Of a stretch of 64,000 nt of DNA, positions 47,921-56,058 are shown piece by piece; within the stretch, counting starts at the first letter, position 1, and each line of letters starts with the position of its first letter. Source of the DNA: Actinomycetota bacterium (GTDB taxonomy: Bacteria > Actinomycetota > Aquicultoria > Aquicultorales > JAMCWL01); assembly GCA_023481285.1 (NCBI GenBank), contig JAMCWL010000001.1, forward strand, positions 1,539-65,538, given 5' to 3'. The translations under genes were made by a program, and so were the position numbers. The notes below the pieces were generated by a model. The model saw nothing but the letters and a program-made list of their open reading frames with translations. It was not told the origin of the DNA and did no database searches.

Positions 47921-48192
47921 CCGCGGATCGCCGACCGCCGTCCGCCGCTAAGGGCGGCTATGAGCTAAAGGCACACGCGTGGATGTTGGAGGCGCTATAA
48001 ACGACCGACGACCGATGACTGCCGCTATAAAGCTTGGATGTGTGAGGCGCTATTGGGGCGATGGATGGGGTTGCCAGGAAACCAAGAAACCACGAAACCA
48101 AGAAACCAAGAAACCAAGAAACCACGAAACCAGGAAACCAAGAAACCAGGAAACCAAGAAACCAAGAAACCAAGAAACCAGGACGGCGGACG
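47921..48192. repeat. Core-A element with an expanded one-sided arm: CCGNCCG heptamers, core A, then about 13 units of GAAACCAA/GAAACCAG/GAAACCAC (48076..48181), GGACGGCGGACG
   Basis: Read directly. No matching GGTTTCTT arm on the left side of this copy. Confidence 0.85.
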
Positions 48193-48197
48193 TTTAG

Positions 48198-49271
48198 ATG
48201 GAGGTCAAATTGGCTTATAACATCACCCTAATCCCAGGTGACGGCACAGGGCCTGAACTATCGGATGCTATGCGCCGGGTGGTCGAGGCGACCGGCGTTG
48301 CCATCGAGTGGGAGGTCGTCGAGGCGGGCGCCGACGTCATGGACAAGCACGGTACCCCTCTCCCGGACACCGTTTTGGAATCGATCAAGAGAAACAAGGT
48401 GGCGATCAAGGGTCCGATCACGACGCCTGTGGGGAGTGGCTTTCGTAGCGTCAATGTGGCGCTCCGCAAAGAGCTCGACCTCTACGCCTGCCTGCGTCCG
48501 GCGTTTACCCTGAAGGGGGTTAAAAGCCGTTACGAGGACATCGATCTGGTCATCGTCAGGGAGAACACCGAGGACCTCTATGCCGGCATTGAGTTTGAGA
48601 AGGGAAGCGGCGCCGCCGAGCGCCTGATCGGCTTTCTCTACGAGGAGGGCGCCATCGTCAGGTCCGACTCGGGCATAAGCATCAAGCCCATATCGGTCAC
48701 CGCAACCGAGCGCATCGTTCGCTGGGCGTTCGAGTATGCTAGGCGCGAGGAGCGCAGGAAGGTCACCGCCGTTCACAAGGCGAACATCATGAAATTCTCC
48801 GACGGGCTCTTCCTCGAGACCGCCCGCCGGGTGGCCGAAGATTATCCGGATATAGAATTTGAGGACCGCATCGTCGACAACATGTGCATGCAGCTCGTTC
48901 AGAAGCCGGAGCTCTACGACATTCTCGTCTGTCCCAATCTCTACGGGGACATCCTCTCCGACCTCTGCGCGGGCCTGGTAGGGGGCCTTGGTGTGGCGCC
49001 GGGCGCCAACATCGGCGACGAGGCGGCCGTCTTCGAGCCGGTCCACGGGAGCGCCCCCAAGTACGCGGGCTTAAACAGAGTGAACCCGACGGCCCTCGTC
49101 CTATCGAGCGTCCTCATGCTAAAGCACATCGGCGAGCGCGAAGCCGCCGACAGGATCTTCAACGCCACCGCGGCGGTTATCGCGGAGGGCAAGGACGTCA
49201 CCTATGACCTGGGCGGGACGGCCGGCACCAGAGAGATGGCGGAAGCGATAATAAAGAAGATCGGTGATTAA
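48198..49271 (+). CDS. Isocitrate/homoisocitrate/isopropylmalate dehydrogenase family (beta-decarboxylating)
   Basis: 357 aa; [29 protein letters not shown]. Substrate not assignable by eye. Confidence 0.88.
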   Translation: MEVKLAYNITLIPGDGTGPELSDAMRRVVEATGVAIEWEVVEAGADVMDKHGTPLPDTVLESIKRNKVAIKGPITTPVGSGFRSVNVALRKELDLYACLRPAFTLKGVKSRYEDIDLVIVRENTEDLYAGIEFEKGSGAAERLIGFLYEEGAIVRSDSGISIKPISVTATERIVRWAFEYARREERRKVTAVHKANIMKFSDGLFLETARRVAEDYPDIEFEDRIVDNMCMQLVQKPELYDILVCPNLYGDILSDLCAGLVGGLGVAPGANIGDEAAVFEPVHGSAPKYAGLNRVNPTALVLSSVLMLKHIGEREAADRIFNATAAVIAEGKDVTYDLGGTAGTREMAEAIIKKIGD

Positions 49272-49301
49272 CCGCCTTACATCCCTGCTCGATCAACACA
49301 G

Positions 49302-49457
49302 GTGCCTTTAGCTTTGAGCCATGAGCCATGAGCCATGAGCTTTGAGCTAAAACCCAACGCTTGGATGCGCCCAGTTAATGCATGACCGATGACCGAAGGG
49401 ATTGTACGTTAGGTTCTAGCTCACGGCTCACGGCTCATAGCTCAAAGCTGAAAGCAC
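49302..49457. repeat. Long hairpin element: 40-nt arms of AGCCATG/AGCTTTG 7-mers (49302..49341 vs 49418..49457) around core C
   Basis: The reverse complement of the right arm matches the left arm at 35/40 positions. All 5 differences are transitions. Confidence 0.85.
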
Positions 49458-49642
49458 TCGCTTTCACGCGTAGGTGGATGCAAAGCGGTTAAGCACGCGG
49501 CCGATTTGATGTATAATCCCAACGAGGCGCCCGGATGGTTCCTGGACGGTATGGCGTGGCAACCTCCATACGTTGCATCCATAAGTCGCCAGGCTGTCCG
49601 CAAGACGGGCATCTGTTTAATCCAAAATCAGGGGGGATTTCT

Positions 49643-50608
49643 ATGTCTAGGCGAACCGTGGCCGTTCTCATCGTCCTGGCGATGGTTGGGACGGTCGCAT
49701 TCGCGCTTGCCGGCTGCGCGAGGAAGCCGGCCGGACCCACGAAGGTGCGAATCGGGACGGTGCCGACGGAGGACGCCCTGCCGCTCTTCGTCGCCGTCGA
49801 AAAGGGTTATTTCAAGAAGAAGGGCTTGGACGTCACGATCGAAACTTTCCCGAGCGCTCAGGAGAGGGACGCCGCACTCCAGGCGGGCAAGATAGACGGC
49901 TTTATGGGAGATTTGCTCGCGGCCGCCATGCTTGAAAACGGCGGCGTCGACGTCTCGGTCGTCTCAATTATGATGGGCGCGACGCCCCAGGAAGGGCGCT
50001 TTGCCATCCTGGTCCCCGGCAACTCGCCGATCAAAGGAATCGCCCAGCTCAGGAACGTCCCGGTCGCCATTTCGAAAGATACCGTCATCGAGTACGTGAC
50101 GGACGAGCTCCTCAAGGAGTACGGCCTGAAGGGTAGCGAGATCAAGAAGGTCGAGGTCAAGAAGATTCCGATCCGCCAGGAGATGCTCGTCGCGGGTCAG
50201 CTCCAGGCGGCGACGCTCCCCGATCCGTTCGCCGCCGTCGCCGAAAAGCGCGGCGCGCGGGTCATCGTCGATGATACGAGAGGGGCCAATCTCTCGCAGA
50301 CGGTCCTTCTCTTCAGGAAGGACTTCGTCGACAAGGACGGGGAGGTTGTGACCGCCTTCCTCGAGGCGCAGAACGAGGGCGTCAAAGCGATCAAGGACAA
50401 TCCGGCTGCTTTCCAACCCCTTCTCATCCAGAAGGCGCGGATCCCGACCATCATCGCCAGGACTTACCTGGTCGGCAAGTATCCGGCCGTCCAGGTTCCC
50501 AAGAAGGCCGACGTCGATCGGGTTCTCAAGTGGATGAGTGCGAAGAAGCTCATCAAGGGCGACGTCACCTACGAAAGAGTGGTCGATCAGGAGGTTCAGC
50601 CCAAGTAG
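49643..50608 (+). CDS. ABC transporter substrate-binding lipoprotein, NMT1/SsuA/TauA-like (NitT/TauT family)
   Basis: Lipobox LAGC after the signal peptide from ATG 49643. Periplasmic binding fold pattern. Confidence 0.8.
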   Translation: MSRRTVAVLIVLAMVGTVAFALAGCARKPAGPTKVRIGTVPTEDALPLFVAVEKGYFKKKGLDVTIETFPSAQERDAALQAGKIDGFMGDLLAAAMLENGGVDVSVVSIMMGATPQEGRFAILVPGNSPIKGIAQLRNVPVAISKDTVIEYVTDELLKEYGLKGSEIKKVEVKKIPIRQEMLVAGQLQAATLPDPFAAVAEKRGARVIVDDTRGANLSQTVLLFRKDFVDKDGEVVTAFLEAQNEGVKAIKDNPAAFQPLLIQKARIPTIIARTYLVGKYPAVQVPKKADVDRVLKWMSAKKLIKGDVTYERVVDQEVQPK

Positions 50609-51369
50609 TGCCTTTCGTCAGGCTGGACGAAGTATCAGTCACCTATAAAGGTCATGGCGGCGAGGTGGAGGCGCTCTCCAGCGTCTCCCTGGCCGCCGAA
50701 AAAGGCGAAGCGTGGGCGGTCATCGGTCCGTCCGGGTGCGGTAAGAGTACGCTTCTCTACGCCCTCGCCGGTCTTGTCCCGCCGACCACCGGTTCCATTT
50801 TTATCGGCGGAGAGCGGCTCCTGGGGGAGCGGCGGGAGACCTCCATAATCTTGCAGGATTACGGCCTCTTTCCCTGGAAGACGGTGTATGAGAACGCCGC
50901 TCTCGGACTCAAGATCAGACACTATTCAAGAGAAGAGGTCGCGAGAAAAACCAGGGATATCCTGATCGACCTGCGCTTGCTTGATTTTAAGAACCGCTTT
51001 CCTTCGCAACTATCCGGTGGTATGCGCCAGCGGGTGGCCCTGGCGCGTTCGCTCACGCTCGATCCCGATCTCCTCTTGATGGACGAGCCGTTTTCGTCAC
51101 TCGATGCGCTGACCAGGGAGGAGCTCCAGAACAACTTGCTGGAAGTCCGGCAGGCGGATGGTTTGACCACCTTCCTGGTTACCCACAGCATCGAAGAGGC
51201 GGTCTTCCTCGGGCGGAAGATTCTCGTTTTGACGAGCCGTCCGGGCAAGATCGCCGAAATCGTCGACAATCCCGGCATGGGCGCTCTCGACTACCGCAAC
51301 CGGCCGGAGTTTCACGAGGTCTGCTCCCACCTGCGCCATCTTCTCAGGAAGGGCAATGGCGATGGATAA
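50608..51369 (+). CDS. ABC transporter ATP-binding protein (SsuB/TauB-like)
   Basis: Walker A GPSGCGKST, LSGGMRQRV, LLMDEPFSSLD. GTG start overlaps the preceding stop (TAGTG). Confidence 0.9.
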   Translation: MPFVRLDEVSVTYKGHGGEVEALSSVSLAAEKGEAWAVIGPSGCGKSTLLYALAGLVPPTTGSIFIGGERLLGERRETSIILQDYGLFPWKTVYENAALGLKIRHYSREEVARKTRDILIDLRLLDFKNRFPSQLSGGMRQRVALARSLTLDPDLLLMDEPFSSLDALTREELQNNLLEVRQADGLTTFLVTHSIEEAVFLGRKILVLTSRPGKIAEIVDNPGMGALDYRNRPEFHEVCSHLRHLLRKGNGDG

Positions 51370-52105
51370 GCGGCGCATCTTGAGTTACTTATCGACCATC
51401 GCCGCGATGCTCCTTGCCTGGCAAGGGGCGTCGATGGTCGTCCGCTCTGCCGCACTCCCGGCCCCCTTATCGGTCATGTCAAGCTTCGCCGAGCTGATGA
51501 GGGGAGAGCTTCTCAAGCACTTCTTGATCAGCTTTTATCGGGTTGCGGTGAGCATCATCCTGAGCGTCTCCCTGGCGGTCCCGCTGGGGCTCGTCCTCGG
51601 CAGGGAAGAGAAGCTCGATCGCTTCTTCGCGCCCTTCATCTTTCTGACCTACCCCATCCCGAAGATAGTCTTTCTCCCGGTGATCCTGCTTCTTCTGGGG
51701 ATTGGAAACTTGTCAAAGATAACCCTCATCGTCTTGATCATCTTCTTCCAGATTCTGGTCACGACGCGGGACGCCGCCCGTGCAATCCCGGCGCAGTCCA
51801 TTCTTTCGGTCCGCTCGCTCGGGGCTGGATGGCGGCAGGTCTACCGCCATGTCGTCTTTCCTGCCTGCCTCCCGGATATCTTCACGGCTCTCAGGATCAG
51901 CGTCGGGACGGCGATCGCCGTTCTCTTCCTCGCCGAATCCTACGCGACCGAGGAGGGGCTCGGCTATTTTATCATGGACGCCTGGACCCGTATCAACTAC
52001 CCCGAGATGTTCGGCGGCATTACGGCGATGGCGCTGATGGGAGCAGTGGTCTATGAAGCCCTAGAGGCGTTGGAACGCCGCTTCTGCGCCTGGACGAGGA
52101 ACTAG
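51356..52105 (+). CDS. ABC transporter permease (BPD_transp_1, SsuC/TauC-like)
   Basis: 249 aa polytopic. Overlaps the ATPase gene by 14 nt. Confidence 0.85.
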   Translation: MAMDKRRILSYLSTIAAMLLAWQGASMVVRSAALPAPLSVMSSFAELMRGELLKHFLISFYRVAVSIILSVSLAVPLGLVLGREEKLDRFFAPFIFLTYPIPKIVFLPVILLLLGIGNLSKITLIVLIIFFQILVTTRDAARAIPAQSILSVRSLGAGWRQVYRHVVFPACLPDIFTALRISVGTAIAVLFLAESYATEEGLGYFIMDAWTRINYPEMFGGITAMALMGAVVYEALEALERRFCAWTRN

Positions 52106-52328
52106 TCTCTTGGTCTCCTAGTACCTTGGTACCTTGGTATCTTGGTTTCTTGGAATCTTGGAATCTCTGGGTGCTTATTGGAGGCGCTATAAACGACCGC
52201 CGTCGGCCGTCCGCCGTCCGCCGCTATAAAGCTTGGATATATGAGGCGCTATTCGCGGCGGATGGGGTTGCCAAGAAACCAAGAAACCAGGAAACCAGGA
52301 AACCAGGAGGGCGGCGGTCGTCGGTCGC
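52103..52328. repeat. Core-A composite element with a long mixed left arm (TAGTCTCT..TTGGTACC..TTGGTTTC..TTGGAATC), core A, AAGAAACC/AGGAAACC right arm and GGCGGTCG outer motif
   Basis: Fills the entire gap between the convergent permease and S8 genes. Confidence 0.85.
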
Positions 52329-55300
52329 TAATACGGCATCACCCACCTCGTGGCTGCATTGTTCCAGTAGGGGGTGAAGTAGACCATGACCGGATTGCCG
52401 AGCTTGACGCCGTTTGACTGGAATATCCAGATGCCGGTAAACCCCCAGCCGTAGTCGTAGACGGCGGCGGCATCTTCCTTGCGGTCGCCGTTGAAGTCAC
52501 CGGGGATGAAGGTGGATCTTGCGTAATTCCAGTAAGGAGAGGCGTAAATGAACTGTGGATAGGCAAAGGCGTTTTTCCCCGGTAGACCGGTTGCTCTGAA
52601 GGTGAATACCCCGGTTGAGGTGCCGCCATAATTATAGAAGGCGATGATGTCCGTCAGTCCGTCTCCATCCACATCTCCGGTCAAGAAGGAGGTCGAGGGA
52701 TAGTACCAGTGGTTGGAGATGAAGGAGAGCTCCGGGTACTTCAGTGAGCCGTCCGAGTTTAATTCAAAGACCCAGAGGCCGGTCGTCGACCCCCCGTAGT
52801 CGTATGCCGCAACGACTTTGGATTGCGTCCCGCTTTTTGTGGATAGGAGCCTCGTTCTACCCCAATCCCAGTAGGGAGAGAAGAAGACCAGCCTTGGGTA
52901 TCTGAAGGTGCCATCGGGGTTCTGCTCGAAAACGAATACCCCGGTTGAGGTGCCTCCGTAGGTATAAAAAGCGAATAATTCGTCTTTGCCGTCCCCGTTA
53001 AAATCACCGGCGGTAAGCTTGGTGTTATCCCAGGACCAGTGCGGGGAGTAGAAGACCTGAACCGGCCCGCTGAAGCTGCTCCCGGTTGATCTCCATAACC
53101 AGAGGGCTGAAGTGGGCCCCCCGTAGTTATAGAGGGCGAGCACGTCGGCTTTTCCATCCCCGTTGAAATCGCCGGATACCGGCTTCGCCCGGGAAGCGTC
53201 GAAGTAGCCCCGACCGCTTGTCCACCACATACCGGGGGCGAAGGTCAGTCCCAGCGGGGTGTAAAAGCTGCCGACCGTCTTGAATGCCCATGCACCGGCC
53301 GTCGCCCCGCCATAGCTGTAGAAGGCTATGGCATCCGATCGGGCGTCACCGGTCACGTCGTTTACCACTACACCGGTGGCCGAAGCAGTATTCGAGTAAT
53401 CGGAGTTGTTCCCGGCGGCGTCATAAGCCCTCACCCGGTAGTAGACGACGCTCGTGCCCGGGGCATCGGTGAAGCTTGTAGCGACCGTCATACTGATTTG
53501 GCCCCAGTTGACCAGGTCGAAACTCCTTTCCACCTTGTAGCCGGCGACGCCGATATTGTCCGTCGAGGCGCCCCATGAGAGATTAAAGTAGGCCCCGGAG
53601 CGGGTGACGGTAAGGCTTGGAGGGGCGCTCGGAGGGGTGACGTCCGGCACGAACCCGGAAGCGACATTTGAGTAGCCGGAATAGTTGCCGGCCGAGTCGT
53701 AAGCTCTCACCCTGTAGTACCAGGTTCTGTTCTGGTCGGCCGGGGCTATCTGGTCCGAGTAGCCGGCCGCCGGGGGATTGCCCGTCACGATCCCCCTAAT
53801 TACCCAGCCGGTCGAGCCGTCCGCACTCCTGTCAATCTCGTAACCGGAGACACCGACCGGTCCGGTCGAAGCGGTCCACGAGAGATTGAGATTGCCACCC
53901 GAAAGGCTGACGGCGAGGTTCGCCGGGCTGGTGGGCGGTGTTGTAGATGTGAAGTCGAAAGCGTCGACGGAGACGCTGTAGCCGCTTGAAGATGGGTTTT
54001 TACTGCCCGTTACAGTTATCTGTAACGTATGAGATACCTGTAACGTATGAGATACGGCAGGCAGGCCTGAGGCTTGAAAAGCCAGCGACTGCCATCTGTT
54101 TTGCGAAGAGTAAAGATCAACGTTTCCCTGAGAAATCCCGTCGAGAGTGACGCTTACTATGCCCTGAGAGGGCGACTTGAGGGCTACCCAATTCACCGTC
54201 GATCCCGAGAAAGCGAGAGTCGCCGTCGCGCCGGTCGAGGCCGATGTATTATATGTGCCTCCACTTGCTCCGCCGTTTGATATAGCGCTCCAGTTGCCGC
54301 TGTACGTTATCCCGGACCAGCTCTCCTCAACCGATCCCATAGGTGTCGAGACGGCTCCGTCGGCGTTGACCCTTCCATAGCCGTAGTAAACGTCCCAGCC
54401 GGTGGTTCCCATATCGACGGCGGTCTCCATGACCAGGCGAGCGATCTGGTCGCCCGTCTTCGAGGGATATTTCGAGGCGGCGAGAGCCGCCACGCCCGAT
54501 GCGAAGGGCGTCGACATCGACGTTCCGTCGGCCCACGCATAGTTATTCTGCGGGTAGGTGCTCAGGATATTTACGCCGGGGGCGGCCAGATCGATCGACT
54601 GGCCGTAGTTCGAGAAAGAAGCCCTGCTTTCGGTGCCACCGCTCAGTTGAGTGGCGGCGACGCCGACGGCGCCGGGGCTTCCCGCTGGATAAAGAGTTAT
54701 ATCCGCCCCGTCATTGCCGGCCGCCGCAATAACGGCCGCCCCTTTTCCCCTCGCGTAAATGACCGCGTTGTCGATGGTCGTGGATTGGCCGGGCCCGCCG
54801 AGGCTCAAGTTGATGACTTTGGCCCCGTTGTCCGCGGCATACTGGATGGCGCTGGCTATGTCGCTGTCGTAACCGCTCCCGCTGGCGTCGAGTGCCTTGA
54901 TCGCCAGGATTCTCGAGTTCCAGGCGACGCCCGCCACGCCTATCCCATTGTTGGTGGCCGCGGCGGCGATGCCCGAGACGTGGGTTCCGTGGCCATGGTC
55001 GTCCATGGGTTCGTAATTGCCGGCTATGTAGTTATAGCCCTTTATAACCTTCATACCCAGCGGGAGGTCGGGGTGGTTGTAGTCGACGCCCGTGTCGATG
55101 ACGGCTATCGTGACTCCGTCCCCGAGCGCCGAGTTCCAGGCCGCCTCGCAACCGATGCGCGGAGGACCCCACTGGTATCCGTAGTAGGGGTCGTTCGGGA
55201 CCGCAATCGCAGACCGTATGTAGTTAAGCTCAGCGTACTCGACTTTTGGATTGGACTTGAGAAGCTCGACCGCCGCTTCGGGAGTCGTACTCCCGGGGAT

Positions 55301-55579
55301 TTTCACCACCCGGACGTCCGACACCGGTATCTGCTTGACCTGGGAGGCGCCCACCTGCGCTATCTCCGTGCGCGCTTCGGCGTCACCGACGTTCGCCTTG
55401 AACTTAACGAGTATTTGATCGGGGGCTCGCTTAGGCCCGTTAACTCCGAGCCTTTTGACGCTCAAATGGCGTTTGCTCGGAGGGCTTTCAGCCGATACCA
55501 CCTTGAAGGAAGCGAATGAGAAGAGCAAGAGGAGCGTGAGGAGCAGGGCGAGCAGTAGACTTACGGGCCTACTTCTCAT
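52328..55579 (-). CDS. Secreted subtilisin-like serine protease (S8) with I9 propeptide, beta-sandwich domain, two Fn3-like domains and a six-blade FG-GAP-like C-terminal module
   Basis: Signal peptide. Triad motifs VIDTGVD, HGTHVSG, GTSMSTP. Six repeats built on GDFNGDGxxD..YxYGG..W.F..SPYW. Confidence 0.9.
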   Translation of the reverse strand: MRSRPVSLLLALLLTLLLLFSFASFKVVSAESPPSKRHLSVKRLGVNGPKRAPDQILVKFKANVGDAEARTEIAQVGASQVKQIPVSDVRVVKIPGSTTPEAAVELLKSNPKVEYAELNYIRSAIAVPNDPYYGYQWGPPRIGCEAAWNSALGDGVTIAVIDTGVDYNHPDLPLGMKVIKGYNYIAGNYEPMDDHGHGTHVSGIAAAATNNGIGVAGVAWNSRILAIKALDASGSGYDSDIASAIQYAADNGAKVINLSLGGPGQSTTIDNAVIYARGKGAAVIAAAGNDGADITLYPAGSPGAVGVAATQLSGGTESRASFSNYGQSIDLAAPGVNILSTYPQNNYAWADGTSMSTPFASGVAALAASKYPSKTGDQIARLVMETAVDMGTTGWDVYYGYGRVNADGAVSTPMGSVEESWSGITYSGNWSAISNGGASGGTYNTSASTGATATLAFSGSTVNWVALKSPSQGIVSVTLDGISQGNVDLYSSQNRWQSLAFQASGLPAVSHTLQVSHTLQITVTGSKNPSSSGYSVSVDAFDFTSTTPPTSPANLAVSLSGGNLNLSWTASTGPVGVSGYEIDRSADGSTGWVIRGIVTGNPPAAGYSDQIAPADQNRTWYYRVRAYDSAGNYSGYSNVASGFVPDVTPPSAPPSLTVTRSGAYFNLSWGASTDNIGVAGYKVERSFDLVNWGQISMTVATSFTDAPGTSVVYYRVRAYDAAGNNSDYSNTASATGVVVNDVTGDARSDAIAFYSYGGATAGAWAFKTVGSFYTPLGLTFAPGMWWTSGRGYFDASRAKPVSGDFNGDGKADVLALYNYGGPTSALWLWRSTGSSFSGPVQVFYSPHWSWDNTKLTAGDFNGDGKDELFAFYTYGGTSTGVFVFEQNPDGTFRYPRLVFFSPYWDWGRTRLLSTKSGTQSKVVAAYDYGGSTTGLWVFELNSDGSLKYPELSFISNHWYYPSTSFLTGDVDGDGLTDIIAFYNYGGTSTGVFTFRATGLPGKNAFAYPQFIYASPYWNYARSTFIPGDFNGDRKEDAAAVYDYGWGFTGIWIFQSNGVKLGNPVMVYFTPYWNNAATRWVMPY
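54020..54055. repeat. Perfect in-frame 18-nt tandem duplication inside the S8 gene (encodes VSHTLQ VSHTLQ)
   Basis: CTGTAACGTATGAGATAC x2 on the plus strand. Confidence 0.9.
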
Positions 55580-56058
55580 TTAGGAATACACCTCTCGCAG
55601 GGGGCCGTTCCAAAGACAAATAAGCCGGAAGTTGGTCCGTAGAAGCACGCCGGCGGCCCGCCCTTATTTTGCGTCCAATGCTCGAAAGTTTTGTGAAGCG
55701 GCCGGTGTAGCGGTCGGACATAGCGGGCTCCTAGAGTCAGACCAAACCCTGGAGAGTTATTCCCAATCTTTGTGTATGACTAAACAGTCTTGTAATTTCT
55801 AATCACTTTCTATAGAGTCATTCTCTTATCAAGCCCTTAAGTTATGGAATGCACCGAAATGGCTGTAGAGGTTGGTTGTCCATCGCATTTATGATTGCCG
55901 GCGTCATTTGTACGAGGCGTTTGGGCATCAACCACCTGTAGTTTCCTATAGTTTGTGGATTTGCTATAAAAGAGTTATTGCGGTATTGGGTTTCGCTGAT
56001 TCTGCTTTGTTGGTGGGCCTTCTGGCTCCGAGCGACCGGTTGACGGCTCAAAAGGAGG

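Noticed and set aside
48076-48181. Possible CRISPR array, because of the regular short repeats.
   Set aside because: The units are contiguous 8-mers with no unique spacers, far shorter than CRISPR repeats, and no cas genes are nearby.
47958-48220. Three overlapping ORFs encoding repetitive peptides such as QETKKPRNQETKKPRN / WFLGFLVSWF.
   Set aside because: They are simply translations of the GAAACCAA tandem array in different frames and strands. There is no start context and they occupy an intergenic repeat element.
52126-52377. 83-aa plus-strand ORF across the core-A element and into the S8 3' end.
   Set aside because: It is a translation of the repeat element plus the antisense of a supported gene.
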